The notes: a model not told the origin generated them from the sequence alone. A stretch of DNA of 64,000 nucleotides from Candidatus Micrarchaeota archaeon (GCA_028867025.1 JAGWHC010000001.1:187695-251694), one strand, 5' to 3'; positions 33,830 to 43,799 are shown, counted from the stretch's first letter. Numbers and translations are program-made.

Positions 33830-35461
33830 ATGCTATTCGATATCTTCAGAAAAAGAAATGCAATAATATTGGGCAAAGTCCATCGCGAGTTGCGCCTGAA
33901 AAGGCGCTTTGGTCTTTTGAGATGGCAGTGGAAGAGGGTGTTTTTCAGGGGAATGAGGCTCGATCCAGACAGGAACCTGAACGCGCACATAATGATAACG
34001 GGAGAGAGCGGCGCCGGAAAGAGCAACGCTTGCAAGCAGATACTCGTGCAGCTGACAGGCATGGGAGCAAACTTCGTTGTGCTTGACCCACATGCGGAGT
34101 ACGTGGAGCACGCGAAGGACATGAAGGCAAGGATATACGATGCAGGCATGCATGCTGTGAATCCCTTTGACCTGGACGGCCTGACAGAGAGGGAAAGAAC
34201 GGCTGAGATAACAGCCATGCTGAGGCGCATCCTGCACCTCGGAGAGGTGCAGGCGTCTACCCTGTACCGCTGCATAAGCTACACGTACTGGATAAGCAAC
34301 GTCAAGGACGCGAGGCCGAGCATGCACAGTCTATTGTACACGATAAAGGTATTCAAGCACAGGGCGAGAAGCAAGCCGGAGGCGAATATGCTCGACGCTC
34401 TGGAGAAGCGTCTGCTGGTCATAGCCGGCGAAAACTTCCAGAGGAGCGTACCGATGGAGAGCATAATGCACGGCAGGAGCGTCTTCGCGCTGCAGGGCCT
34501 GCACAGCACAGAGGCGCAGGCCGTGTACATGGAGAGCATGCTGAGGAAGATATACACAAATTCCCTTTCAGGAAATTCAGTAAGAGGAAGGAGAAAGTTC
34601 TACATCGTCATTGATGAGGCTGAGAAGCTGCAGGACAGCCCAATAGTGGGCAGGCTCGTCGCAGAAGGGAGGAAGTACGGAATAGGCATAATAGCCATAT
34701 CGCAGAGGGCGAAGGCCCTGGACAAAGAGATACGCAGCAACGCGGCTACTATGATTGCATTCGCACAAAGGGAGCCGGAGGAACAGAACTATGTTGCGAA
34801 CATGATTGCTGCAGGCACGGAGTACAACAGGTTCATAGAAGTGAGGAAGGCGTTGAGGGAACTGCCGAGAGGCTACGCGCTGGTGCAGGAGGCGAGGGAT
34901 AGGAGCCCAAAGATAGTGAAATGCGAGCGCTTTGAGGCAAGGGCGAGGGACCCGAGCCATAGGATAATGGAGATGGCGAGAAAGGCTGTAGGCAAGCAGG
35001 AATTGATTGAGAGGTTGGGAAAAGACGGTTTTACGCCAGAGGAAACGATCGGCACTGTGGCTGAGCTGATAAGGACAGGTCTGCTAAACTATCATGTAGT
35101 TACAGGGTCACATTATGAAGGAACTTGGTACATCGCAATGCCAAGGAACAGCGCAGAGCATGACATAATGGTCAGCTTGATAAGCAGATACCTGACTGAA
35201 AATGGAATAAAGAATGAGATTTACAACAATGCTTACGGACCAGATGTGATTGCCTATAAGGATGGGAAAAGAGTTGCAGTGGAGTATGAGACCGGAAAGA
35301 AAAAAGGACAGGACACGGCGATTATGCTAGGAAAACGGCAGGAACGGTACTACAAAACCATTATCATAGAAAATAATGCAGTGACTATCCTGCATGCCAG
35401 GCAGGGCTTGACTACTCCGCCTCTTGGCTCTACTATAAGTATTAGAACAACTAATGCTTAG
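33830..35461 (+). CDS. HerA/FtsK-superfamily (DUF87-like) ATPase fused to wHTH and a PD-(D/E)xK-like nuclease domain
   Basis: Walker A GESGAGKS, Walker B FYIVIDEAEKL, RKYGIGIIAISQR; C-terminal ELIERLGKDGFTPEETIGTVAELIRTGLL (wHTH-like), then GPDVIAYKDGKRVAVEYETGKKK. Confidence 0.8.
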   Translation: MLFDIFRKRNAIILGKVHRELRLKRRFGLLRWQWKRVFFRGMRLDPDRNLNAHIMITGESGAGKSNACKQILVQLTGMGANFVVLDPHAEYVEHAKDMKARIYDAGMHAVNPFDLDGLTERERTAEITAMLRRILHLGEVQASTLYRCISYTYWISNVKDARPSMHSLLYTIKVFKHRARSKPEANMLDALEKRLLVIAGENFQRSVPMESIMHGRSVFALQGLHSTEAQAVYMESMLRKIYTNSLSGNSVRGRRKFYIVIDEAEKLQDSPIVGRLVAEGRKYGIGIIAISQRAKALDKEIRSNAATMIAFAQREPEEQNYVANMIAAGTEYNRFIEVRKALRELPRGYALVQEARDRSPKIVKCERFEARARDPSHRIMEMARKAVGKQELIERLGKDGFTPEETIGTVAELIRTGLLNYHVVTGSHYEGTWYIAMPRNSAEHDIMVSLISRYLTENGIKNEIYNNAYGPDVIAYKDGKRVAVEYETGKKKGQDTAIMLGKRQERYYKTIIIENNAVTILHARQGLTTPPLGSTISIRTTNA

Positions 35462-35474
35462 TGTAGGCGAACAG

Positions 35475-35669
35475 ATGACAATGGAAAAATCCCCTGGCAT
35501 ATTCGTTTTTCTCATGAAGAACACGAACAGGATGGAGCTGGACAAGGGCATCATGCAGAAGATGGGCGGGAGCAAGATAGGGTACATGCTCGACAAGGAC
35601 TACCTGATGACAAGGAAGGAGGACCTGAAAGGAGCGATAAGGGAACTGAAAAGGTGGCACCTGATCTAA
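35475..35669 (+). CDS. hypothetical small protein (64 aa)
   Basis: ORF track 35454..35669; ATG 35475 avoids overlap; weak support. Confidence 0.35.
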   Translation: MTMEKSPGIFVFLMKNTNRMELDKGIMQKMGGSKIGYMLDKDYLMTRKEDLKGAIRELKRWHLI

Positions 35670-35735
35670 GCCAAGACGCGCATGCGACAGAATATTAACT
35701 ATTTGCTTGGAAATAATATGGAATAGGTAGTCTGT

Positions 35736-35927
35736 ATGAAAGGAAAAGTGAAGATGTTCAATGCCGCGCGCGGCTTTGGATTCATAACCGGAGACGACGG
35801 AAAGGACGTGTACGTGCACACCTCTGCGATAGCGGGAGGAGCCGCACTTGCGGTAGGAGACGCAGTGGAGTATGAGGTAGAGGAGGGCGAGCGCGGACCT
35901 AAGGCGAAGAACGTCAAGAAACTCTGA
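35736..35927 (+). CDS. cold-shock domain protein
   Basis: KGKVKMFNAARGFGFI (RNP1) and DVYVHTSAI (RNP2). Confidence 0.9.
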   Translation: MKGKVKMFNAARGFGFITGDDGKDVYVHTSAIAGGAALAVGDAVEYEVEEGERGPKAKNVKKL

Positions 35928-35952
35928 AGACAGTAGCGAATCGTGCGACGGA

Positions 35953-36429
35953 TCAGTTCAGCGCCCATACCGAGAAGTTTAGCAGCGTAGCGAAAGCGAC
36001 CCACAGGATATAGGGAACAAGCAGATATGCTGCTGGCCTCGATATCCTGTAGAACTCCCACATAGTGAACACAATTGCTATGAGGAGAAGTACAATATCC
36101 ATCAGCCCGAGCAGCGGCGACCTCAGGCCGAAGAACGCCACGGACCACAGCACGTTCAGCGCCATCTGCGCTCCGAACGCATACAATGCACGTCTCGCCT
36201 GCTTCTTTCTCGTTCCTCTCTCCCAGATCAGATAGAGCGAGATGCCCATCAGGGCGAAGAGTATCGTCCACGCGGGTCCGAAGAGCCAGTTCGGCGGGCT
36301 GAAAATAGGCTTGGCCAGAGTCGCATACCATGTGCCTATTGCCGGCAGTGTGAATATCGTGCCTATGTTGCCTATCAGCTCGACTATCACTATAGCGGCT
36401 ATGAATCCCAGAATCCTCCTCGCCTTCAT
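35953..36429 (-). CDS. tspO: TspO/MBR family tryptophan-rich sensory protein
   Basis: WYATLAKPIFSPPNWLFGPAWTILFALMG; 5 TM helices; about 158 aa. Confidence 0.85.
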   Translation of the reverse strand: MKARRILGFIAAIVIVELIGNIGTIFTLPAIGTWYATLAKPIFSPPNWLFGPAWTILFALMGISLYLIWERGTRKKQARRALYAFGAQMALNVLWSVAFFGLRSPLLGLMDIVLLLIAIVFTMWEFYRISRPAAYLLVPYILWVAFATLLNFSVWALN

Positions 36430-37181
36430 GTGCCATAACCTACGAACTTCAGCAGCAGGTCCTTTACTTCCTCCGCATACGTGTAGTGCGCCGTATGCCC
36501 CGCGCCCTGAACGATTTCCAGGGCGCTACCTTTTATGTAGTCGTTGAATGTCCTCGCATACTTCACGTCCAGCGTCTTGTCATCCGAGCCCCAGATTATC
36601 AGCGCGGGTTTCACGATGGCGCTCAGGCTCTCCCTTGTCAGATACTCGTCACTCGGTTGCGCGTTGACTGCGCTCCTTATCACGTAATCCCTTGGATTGA
36701 AGACAAGTGCCTCTGCAATCCATCTCTCCTTCCACTCCTCCGCCCTGCCCGTCCTTTCTATGTCGTCAAAGATTTCCTTGAGGCCCATCGCGTCCTCGAG
36801 CACCGTGCCCCTGCCCTTGTAGTTGCCCTGCGCTATGCTCGCCGCAATCCACGCACCGTACGAGTGGCCGAAGATGTAGCTGTCCTGCAGCTGCTTCGCC
36901 TGCAGCAGCTCCTTCACAGCCTGCACCTGCCTGCCTATCGTGTACTCTATGCGGGGCGCGTCGGAATCCCCGTGGCCGAGCAGGTCTACCAGGCATACGC
37001 CAAGGCCGTCGGGCAGCAGTCCGACAAGTTTGGCATACGACCTCATGCTCGCCCCGAAGCCGTGCAGAAATACAACTGTGGGCGAGCCGTTGCGCAGCTT
37101 GAAGTGCAGCCTGCCCAGGCTGGTCTGCACGTAGACGTCTTCCAGTTCCTCGTATAGCATGCTCCTACTTCCTATCTTCAT
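36426..37181 (-). CDS. alpha/beta-fold hydrolase
   Basis: VVFLHGFGAS, nucleophile elbow GHSYGA, C-terminal GAGHTAH; its stop overlaps the tspO ATG. Confidence 0.85.
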   Translation of the reverse strand: MKIGSRSMLYEELEDVYVQTSLGRLHFKLRNGSPTVVFLHGFGASMRSYAKLVGLLPDGLGVCLVDLLGHGDSDAPRIEYTIGRQVQAVKELLQAKQLQDSYIFGHSYGAWIAASIAQGNYKGRGTVLEDAMGLKEIFDDIERTGRAEEWKERWIAEALVFNPRDYVIRSAVNAQPSDEYLTRESLSAIVKPALIIWGSDDKTLDVKYARTFNDYIKGSALEIVQGAGHTAHYTYAEEVKDLLLKFVGYGT

Positions 37182-37291
37182 TCTTTTCTCTCTTTCCGTT
37201 CGGCCAGGCTACCCTTGAAGAATATATAGGGTTTATTTGCGGGAAAACAGACTCATTACTTGCTGATTCTCCCTGCCTGCCAGACGCCGGA

Positions 37292-37573
37292 CTATTTCAC
37301 GTAGTCCGAGACCACAGGTATGGCTATGTCCTTGCCCAGGTACCCGTTGTATCCAAGGTAGAGGCCGTAAATCCAGAGCAGGATGAAAAGTATGCTGCCT
37401 ATCAGCGGAACAGCGGCAACAATCCACATTATTATCCCGATCAGTATCGCCTGCACCGCGTGCCTCTTGAGCCGCTTGTTGCCTCCCGCTGCAAGGAAGA
37501 CTATTATGCCGGTAAGCCACGTGAGCACGTAGGCCACAATGAACAGTAAGCTCTTGCCGTCTCCTTTAGCCAT
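37292..37573 (-). CDS. small membrane protein with three hydrophobic segments (93 aa)
   Basis: ORF track; preferred over the overlapping 37233..37520 ORF, which is Arg/Cys-rich. Confidence 0.6.
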   Translation of the reverse strand: MAKGDGKSLLFIVAYVLTWLTGIIVFLAAGGNKRLKRHAVQAILIGIIMWIVAAVPLIGSILFILLWIYGLYLGYNGYLGKDIAIPVVSDYVK

Positions 37574-37694
37574 TCAATCCCAAAGATGATTCATACTTGC
37601 GATTTATAATTACTGCGCCTCATTCTGAGCACTCGCTTTTTGACGAGCCGCACCACGTCGCCTAAATAAAGCCTCTGCTAATACCAGCTCCAAC

Positions 37695-38846
37695 ATGGAA
37701 GAGCCTACAACTGTAAGGAGCAGCTCGAGGTTTCACAACTTCTCCAGGCTGAACACTGGAGAGCAGGCAAGAGTCGTGGCAGAGTTCGCCAGGCTGGATG
37801 AGAGCGACAGGCGTACTCTCCAGAGGCTGATTGAGCGCAGAGATTCGCCGCAGATGCAGATAGCGCCGAACTTCACAATCAATGGCAAGGACTACTTCGT
37901 TCCCATGGTAACTGAGGAGGCGTCGGTTGTTCCCGCAGCGAGCAACGGGGCAAGGCTTGTTGCCAAGTCGGGCGGCTTCACCGCAGGCTACACCGGCTCT
38001 GAAATGATGGGCAATATACAGATAACGGACGTGAAGGACCCTATGGCCGTTGCTGTCAAGCTTCTCGCATACAAGAACCTTATACTCGTGCATGCGAACG
38101 AGGCAAGCAGGCACATAGTCGCCGATGACTTTGCCGTTGAAGCGGTGCCGCGCGACGGGCCTGGCAACATGATAGCTGTAAACTTCACCTTCCACACAGC
38201 TGATTCGATGGGAGCCAACAAGATAAACGAGATGCTGGAGCGCGTCGGCCCGATGATAAGAAACGTGATCGGGGACAACGGCAGGGTGAACGCAGGTATA
38301 ATGTCCAACTCCTCCAAGAATAGACTTGTAATGGTCGGCGCGAAGGTCCTCGCCGAGGACCTGGGCGGCGAGGAGGTTGCGGAGAAGATTGCGCGGCTGT
38401 CAGAATTCGGCAGCCTGTACCCGGACCGCGCGGTGACTGAGAACAAGGGGATAATGAACGGAGTGATAGGCGTGCTTACGGCAATGGACAACGACACTCG
38501 CGCTGAGGAGGCCGCCGCGCACAAGTACGCGTGGCAGGATGGCTACTACCGCTCGCTCTCGCGATGGATGCTGGACAACGATGGCAATCTGCAGGGCGAG
38601 CTCACAATACCGGCGCAGTTCGGAGTTATCGGCGGCTCGGTTGGGATATACATTCAGTCAAGAATCGCGAGAAGGATACTTAGCAGGAACGACGTAGACA
38701 ATTTCCACGTTGGCGAGTTCGCGTGCATCGCGGGCTCAGCGGGCCTGGCCAACAATCTCGCTGCCCTGTGGAAGATAGCGAGCGAGGGCATACAGGCCGG
38801 GCACATGCGCCTCTTCGAGAGGCAGAAGAATGATCTTCTGAGATGA
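37695..38846 (+). CDS. hmgA: hydroxymethylglutaryl-CoA reductase
   Basis: VPMVTEEASVVPAASNGARL and TADSMGANKINEM motifs. Confidence 0.9.
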   Translation: MEEPTTVRSSSRFHNFSRLNTGEQARVVAEFARLDESDRRTLQRLIERRDSPQMQIAPNFTINGKDYFVPMVTEEASVVPAASNGARLVAKSGGFTAGYTGSEMMGNIQITDVKDPMAVAVKLLAYKNLILVHANEASRHIVADDFAVEAVPRDGPGNMIAVNFTFHTADSMGANKINEMLERVGPMIRNVIGDNGRVNAGIMSNSSKNRLVMVGAKVLAEDLGGEEVAEKIARLSEFGSLYPDRAVTENKGIMNGVIGVLTAMDNDTRAEEAAAHKYAWQDGYYRSLSRWMLDNDGNLQGELTIPAQFGVIGGSVGIYIQSRIARRILSRNDVDNFHVGEFACIAGSAGLANNLAALWKIASEGIQAGHMRLFERQKNDLLR

Positions 38847-38852
38847 TCTTGC

Positions 38853-39395
38853 CTACTGGTACGGGCTCTGCGCCTCCTCGACCATCACGTCGTCGGTCAT
38901 TGTGCCCTGCGCCTTCCTCTTAAGCCTCTCAAGCGCCTTCTTCTTCTGGTCATCGAGCCACTTCGCGTACTCCTCCTTTGCCTTCTTCACGTAGCTCTTG
39001 AACTCGTCGAGGCCCATCATCCTCAGTCTTTCCTGGTACTCCTTCTCTTCCTTCCAGTCGGGCACCAGGTTGCGCATGAATTTAGCCTCATCATCGCTCA
39101 GCTGCGCTCCCTCGTGCGCCTTCTGCGCCCATGACTTGAGCTCCTCCCTGCCCTTCTCTGTCTTGCCCAGGTCCTTCATCCTTGCGATGAACTCGCCTGG
39201 CGTGCTTGTGTTCCAGAGGTGCACGCACATGTAGGTTATCTCTGTGTGCGTGAGCAGCACGCCGGTATGCTCGTTTATGAAGAATATCTTGGTGAAGCAA
39301 CCGTGCCCGTCTTTGCTGAAGCTGTCATCCTTGTCCCTCGTATGCGCGTAGCCCTTCGCCCTCTCGTATCCCTTTGGCATGTTGTTGTACATCAT
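38853..39395 (-). CDS. hypothetical protein (180 aa)
   Basis: ORF track; ATG lies 3 nt after the upstream stop (operon with 39399..40292). Confidence 0.55.
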   Translation of the reverse strand: MMYNNMPKGYERAKGYAHTRDKDDSFSKDGHGCFTKIFFINEHTGVLLTHTEITYMCVHLWNTSTPGEFIARMKDLGKTEKGREELKSWAQKAHEGAQLSDDEAKFMRNLVPDWKEEKEYQERLRMMGLDEFKSYVKKAKEEYAKWLDDQKKKALERLKRKAQGTMTDDVMVEEAQSPYQ

Positions 39396-39398
39396 GGT

Positions 39399-40292
39399 TC
39401 ACGCCGTTATTTTCGCCAGAGGGCCGGTTTTCTGCAGCCGCGGCGGGCTCCCATTCATCAGGCCGAGTATTGAACCCTTGTTGCTCCTGAAATCCCTGGC
39501 GAGCGAAACGTCGAACAGTTTTTCGATCCTAGAGCCGTCATTGTCATCGACGCTTACCGCCACCGCGCTGTTCTGGTACTTGTCCAAGACACGCTCCACG
39601 TTATCTATTAGGTTCGACGGCCTCTTTACCTCCTTGAGCGATCTCCGCGTTGCCTCCTTTAGCCTTGCGCAGTTCTCATGCAGAAGCAAGCCGTCGTCTC
39701 CTCCGGAAAGCTGCGGCTTGTAGAGCTCAATCCTCGTCATCTTTCCGCACGCTGGGCACCTGAGGGATACGCCCTCCATCGTCCCAAGCGCGAAGTTGAT
39801 TGAAGCGACGGCTGTAGGAAACATCGCGGCAAACGTCTTGAGGCTTTCGGGAACTTTCTTCAGCTCGGCTTCGGTGTTTATCTTGGCGTACCGGCTTGCC
39901 CTCTCGCTTTTGAGCTGCGCCTTGATGTTCTTGAGTATGTCCTCCTTTGCCTTGTCTCCAACCGCCCTGGCGAACGCGTCGCCGGCAAGAAACATGTACC
40001 TTGCACGCTCTATGTCCTCTGGAGTCGGCGCCGGAAGTGTGACCCCCACCTTCTTAAGCTCCTCCCGCTCCTCGCCGCCGATAAGGCCCCAGCCCAGCTC
40101 CCTGAGCGCGCGCCTCACCTGCCAGGAAGCCATGACCAAATCAGAGATGCCGGTCATGTCTAGAGAAGTGCTTTCGAAGATCTTGCGCAGCTTCTCCTCG
40201 TTCTTCTTGTCGCTGCTCAGGAACCACTCTATTCCGGCCAGGTCTATTTCCTTTCCTTCTTCTGCAGGATCCTCTTCGGCCATTCTCCCCAT
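39399..40292 (-). CDS. hypothetical protein (297 aa) with CPACG...HENC metal-binding-like motif
   Basis: ORF track; TATA cttataagcc/aattatatg upstream on the minus strand. Confidence 0.55.
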   Translation of the reverse strand: MGRMAEEDPAEEGKEIDLAGIEWFLSSDKKNEEKLRKIFESTSLDMTGISDLVMASWQVRRALRELGWGLIGGEEREELKKVGVTLPAPTPEDIERARYMFLAGDAFARAVGDKAKEDILKNIKAQLKSERASRYAKINTEAELKKVPESLKTFAAMFPTAVASINFALGTMEGVSLRCPACGKMTRIELYKPQLSGGDDGLLLHENCARLKEATRRSLKEVKRPSNLIDNVERVLDKYQNSAVAVSVDDNDGSRIEKLFDVSLARDFRSNKGSILGLMNGSPPRLQKTGPLAKITA

Positions 40293-40392
40293 CCGTCAGG
40301 TATGCTCATATAATTAGGCTTATAAGCGGAGTGTCCAGCGTTAGACAGTTGCAGAACTAAAGAGCGTGCGTGTGCTGACGCTTGCGCAAAAA

Positions 40393-40653
40393 TCAGCTCT
40401 CGTTTTTCAATATCTGTTCTACATCCCTGTGGCAGTCCTCGCACTCCCAGTATTCCACAGGCTCGGGCCGCATTGTAGAGTAGTCCGGATCTTCGAATTT
40501 GAGGACAGACATCGCCGCCTCGTAGTTCACCTGGAACCTTCCGAAGAAGTTCCAGCTCTTATCTGATATCTCGCCTTTTTTGCCTATCGCCACGTTGCCG
40601 TTCCTGCCGCAGACTGCACATGTGACTTTGTGCGTCGCCTTCTTTCCCGTCAA
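40393..40653 (-). CDS. small zinc-ribbon-like protein (86 aa)
   Basis: CAVCGRN...CEDCHRD. Confidence 0.55.
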   Translation of the reverse strand: MTGKKATHKVTCAVCGRNGNVAIGKKGEISDKSWNFFGRFQVNYEAAMSVLKFEDPDYSTMRPEPVEYWECEDCHRDVEQILKNES

Positions 40654-40713
40654 GCTACCACTCCTACCCGGCTTAATTGTGATTCTCTGCCTTTTTATCT
40701 CTTTCTTTGAAAA

Positions 40714-41559
40714 TCATCCGCCCAAGAGTGACCTCAAAACCAGTATCAGGTGGCTTTCCTCGCGCAAACGCCTAAGCGCATATCCAATCCACCTCGTGCC
40801 AAACGGCACGTATATAGCGACACTGCTGCCCTGCGCAGCCAGCGAGGCCGCGTATCTGTTCCTTATCCCGTTGAGCATCGCGTACGTCACCCTTCTCCTG
40901 TGCGACCTGTTCAGCTCCATCGCCTCGCCTATCAGCGAGCTGTCGTGCGTCGCTATAGTGAACTCCTTGAGATGGGCGAACGCCTCTCGCATGAGCATTC
41001 GGTAGTTCTCCGTAGTCTCCTTCCTCGTCTCGAACGCTATCTTGCTGCTCTCCTTGTAAGCTCCCTTAACTATACGCACAACTGCTTTTCTCTTGATAAG
41101 CCTCTGCATCAGGTGCCCGCTTCTTCTGAGGTACGACTGCAGGCAGATTCCCACGCCGCCCTTCCTGACATGGCCCTCGTAGATTGAGATAACGTCCTCT
41201 ATAGTGTCCTGCGACTCCGCGTCTATCCAAACGAATATGCCCTGCCGCCTTGCCGCGCCGACTATCCTGCCGTAGTTCTTCCTCGCAAGGTTCTTGCTAA
41301 CGCTCAGGCCGAGCGCGGTGAGCTTGAGCGAGATGCTCGCTTTGAGTTTTTCCTTCCTGATCTCCCTTATCAGCCTTAGGTTGATTGATACCGCGTCTGC
41401 TATGTCGCGCTTGTCTGTGAGGCTCTCGCCTATGTAGTTGATTATTGCGCTCTCCCCCAGGGCGTTGAGCTGCCTTGTCCTGCGGATCGCATCGCTTATT
41501 CTCGCCCCCGCTATCCATTTGCCGGCGAAGACGCGCTCGAAAACGTTTCCTATGCCCAC
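40714..41559 (-). CDS. proline dehydrogenase family protein
   Basis: Overall pattern GKWIAG...INYIGE...SISLKLTALG...VWIDAE...GICLQSYL...VRIVKGAY...ATHD matches the PRODH TIM barrel; GTG start. Confidence 0.7.
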   Translation of the reverse strand: MGIGNVFERVFAGKWIAGARISDAIRRTRQLNALGESAIINYIGESLTDKRDIADAVSINLRLIREIRKEKLKASISLKLTALGLSVSKNLARKNYGRIVGAARRQGIFVWIDAESQDTIEDVISIYEGHVRKGGVGICLQSYLRRSGHLMQRLIKRKAVVRIVKGAYKESSKIAFETRKETTENYRMLMREAFAHLKEFTIATHDSSLIGEAMELNRSHRRRVTYAMLNGIRNRYAASLAAQGSSVAIYVPFGTRWIGYALRRLREESHLILVLRSLLGG

Positions 41560-41717
41560 GGAGAGAGTTAGGAATAGGAAAATATGAAGCTTGGGGTCTG
41601 CGCAGAGTTTAAAAAGCAGGCAAGATTTGCGAATAACGGAAGTTTACCAACGGAGTTAGCAGTCTTTATATTCCTTTAATGGCTTTATTCTTTCTTGGTT
41701 CTAGCTCCGGGGGTTGC

Positions 41718-43799
41718 ATGGATGGATTAGTGGTTCAGGACACTGTCAGCAAAGGAGTTGAGGACAGGTTCATCGAATTCTACAACATATATTACAGCCA
41801 GGAGATAAGCAGCATGCTCCTCGCGTACCCGCAGAAGCGCTCCGTATACGTGGACATAAAGAATCTTGAGAAATTCGACAGCGAGCTTGCGAACGAGCTG
41901 ATAAACAACCCTGACGCAGTGCTGCCAAGCGCGAACTCAGCGCTCCTCAAGCTTGCCCCGGCTCCTGAGACATTGGAGAAGGGGGTGCATGCGAGATTCT
42001 ACGGGCTTGGCGGACCCACTATGCCGCTCATACAGGACGTCGGCTCAGACCACATAGGCAAGCTGCTCACTCTCGACTCGCTGATAGTGAAGAAATCGGA
42101 GATCATACCGATGGTGCAGGTCGGCGTGTACAAGTGCGCGCTCTGCGGCAACGTGACCAAGATAGAGGTGGAGAGGGACAACGTGCCCGACGTCTGCCCG
42201 CAGTGCAAGAGGAGGGCGCTGCGCCAGGTGAACGAGGAGAGCAAGTTCGTGAACCTGCAGCGCATAGCCGTCCAGGACCCTCTCGAGAAGCTCAGGGGCA
42301 CGATGCCCACATGGCAGCTGGAGGTCTGGCTCGAGGACGACATGGTGAACAGGCAGCAGCCAGGGGACCGCATCGGAGTCACCGGCGTGCTTAGGATAAG
42401 GCCGCGCAGGAACGCGCACGGCAAGCAGGAGAAATCGCAGTTCGCTATGTTCGTAGACGCGATCTCGATAATGGCGACGCAGAAGGAGTTCAGCGAGCTC
42501 GAGATAAGCCAGGAGGAGGAGAAGGAGATAAAGGAGCTGGCGAAGGACCCGCATATATTCGAGAAGATTTCAAAGTCGATAGCACCCTCGATCTACGGAT
42601 ACGAGGAGATAAAGAAGGCGATGGCGCTGCAGCTCTTCGGAGGCACACCGAACAAGAAGCTCATAGACCAGAGCCTTGTGAGGAGCGACATACACATACT
42701 GCTGATCGGCGACCCGGGAAGCGCCAAGACGAGGCTGCTGCAGTCCACGACTGCGCTTGTGCCCAAGGGCATCTACGTGAGCGGCAAGTCAACCACTTCT
42801 GCGGGCCTGACTGCTGCGGCGGAAAGGGACGAGTTCTCAGAGGGAGGCTGGACCCTGAGGGCTGGAGCGCTTGTGCTCGGCTCGGGAGGAGAGGTATCGA
42901 TAGATGAGTTCGACAAGATAAGCGACGACGACAAGTCCGCGCTTCTCGAGGCCATGGAATCGCAGACGATAAGCATAGCGAAGGCCGGCATAGTCGCAAG
43001 GTTCAACGCCAAGACATCGATACTCGCGGCTGCAAACCCCAAGTACGGCAGGTTCGACCCGAACGTGCTGCCCGCGGAGCAGTTCGACATACCCCCGACG
43101 CTGCTGTCGCGTTTCGACCTCATATTCCCGATAAGGGACATCATCGATGAGACGCTGGACAGGAACATAGCGCACCACATACTGGTGCAGCACTCCGCAG
43201 CCGGAGCCCAGATCGCGGAGGTCGAGGGCTATGAGCAGGTGGAGGCACCTCCAATCGCAGCTGAGATGCTCAGGAAGTATGTTGCTTATGCGAAGAGGAG
43301 CGTAAATCCGAGGCTTTCGCCTGAGGCGATGGACCGCATACAGAAGTTCTACCTTGAGCTCAGAAAACTGGGAATGCGCTCGGGCACCACTCCGATGACG
43401 CCCAGGCAGATAGAGGGCCTTGTGAGGCTCGCGGAGGCGAGCGCGAAGAGCAGGCTCGCGGAGACTGTTGAGCTGCGCGACACTGAGATGGCAATCGGCC
43501 TCGTGAACTACATGCTGCAGACGCTCGCCGTTGAGAAGGGCGGGGCGGTCAACATAGACATACTTACAACCGGCTTCTCGCGCGACAAGGTAGACAAGCT
43601 CAACCTGATACTGGGCATAATCAAGAAGCTTGAGGCCGACGAGAAGGAGGCGAGGTACGAGCGGGTGCTCGAGGAGGCGGAGAAGGCGGGCGTGGACAAG
43701 AACACGAGCAAAAGGTACATAGACGACCTAAGCCGCACAGGAGATATCTATACGCCGAAGCCGGGCTTCCTGAAAATAGTCAGACGTGAGGCGGAATAG
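41718..43799 (+). CDS. mcm: MCM replicative helicase
   Basis: Zn finger CALCGN...CPQCKRR, Walker A GDPGSAKT, Walker B IDEFDK, SRFDLIF; ATG 41718 preferred because 41679 is only about 8 nt from the TATA ctttatattcc. Confidence 0.95.
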   Translation: MDGLVVQDTVSKGVEDRFIEFYNIYYSQEISSMLLAYPQKRSVYVDIKNLEKFDSELANELINNPDAVLPSANSALLKLAPAPETLEKGVHARFYGLGGPTMPLIQDVGSDHIGKLLTLDSLIVKKSEIIPMVQVGVYKCALCGNVTKIEVERDNVPDVCPQCKRRALRQVNEESKFVNLQRIAVQDPLEKLRGTMPTWQLEVWLEDDMVNRQQPGDRIGVTGVLRIRPRRNAHGKQEKSQFAMFVDAISIMATQKEFSELEISQEEEKEIKELAKDPHIFEKISKSIAPSIYGYEEIKKAMALQLFGGTPNKKLIDQSLVRSDIHILLIGDPGSAKTRLLQSTTALVPKGIYVSGKSTTSAGLTAAAERDEFSEGGWTLRAGALVLGSGGEVSIDEFDKISDDDKSALLEAMESQTISIAKAGIVARFNAKTSILAAANPKYGRFDPNVLPAEQFDIPPTLLSRFDLIFPIRDIIDETLDRNIAHHILVQHSAAGAQIAEVEGYEQVEAPPIAAEMLRKYVAYAKRSVNPRLSPEAMDRIQKFYLELRKLGMRSGTTPMTPRQIEGLVRLAEASAKSRLAETVELRDTEMAIGLVNYMLQTLAVEKGGAVNIDILTTGFSRDKVDKLNLILGIIKKLEADEKEARYERVLEEAEKAGVDKNTSKRYIDDLSRTGDIYTPKPGFLKIVRREAE

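Noticed and set aside
37574-37694. C/D-box sRNA (AGATGATT ... CTGA) in the gap upstream of hmgA
   Set aside because: The C box deviates from RUGAUGA, no internal D'/C' pair is present, and there is no terminal stem. It more likely holds the promoters of the flanking divergent genes.
41560-41717. Replication origin next to mcm
   Set aside because: The spacer is only 158 bp. There is no cdc6/orc1 gene nearby and no ORB-like inverted repeats; only a weak GAGTTAG duplication.
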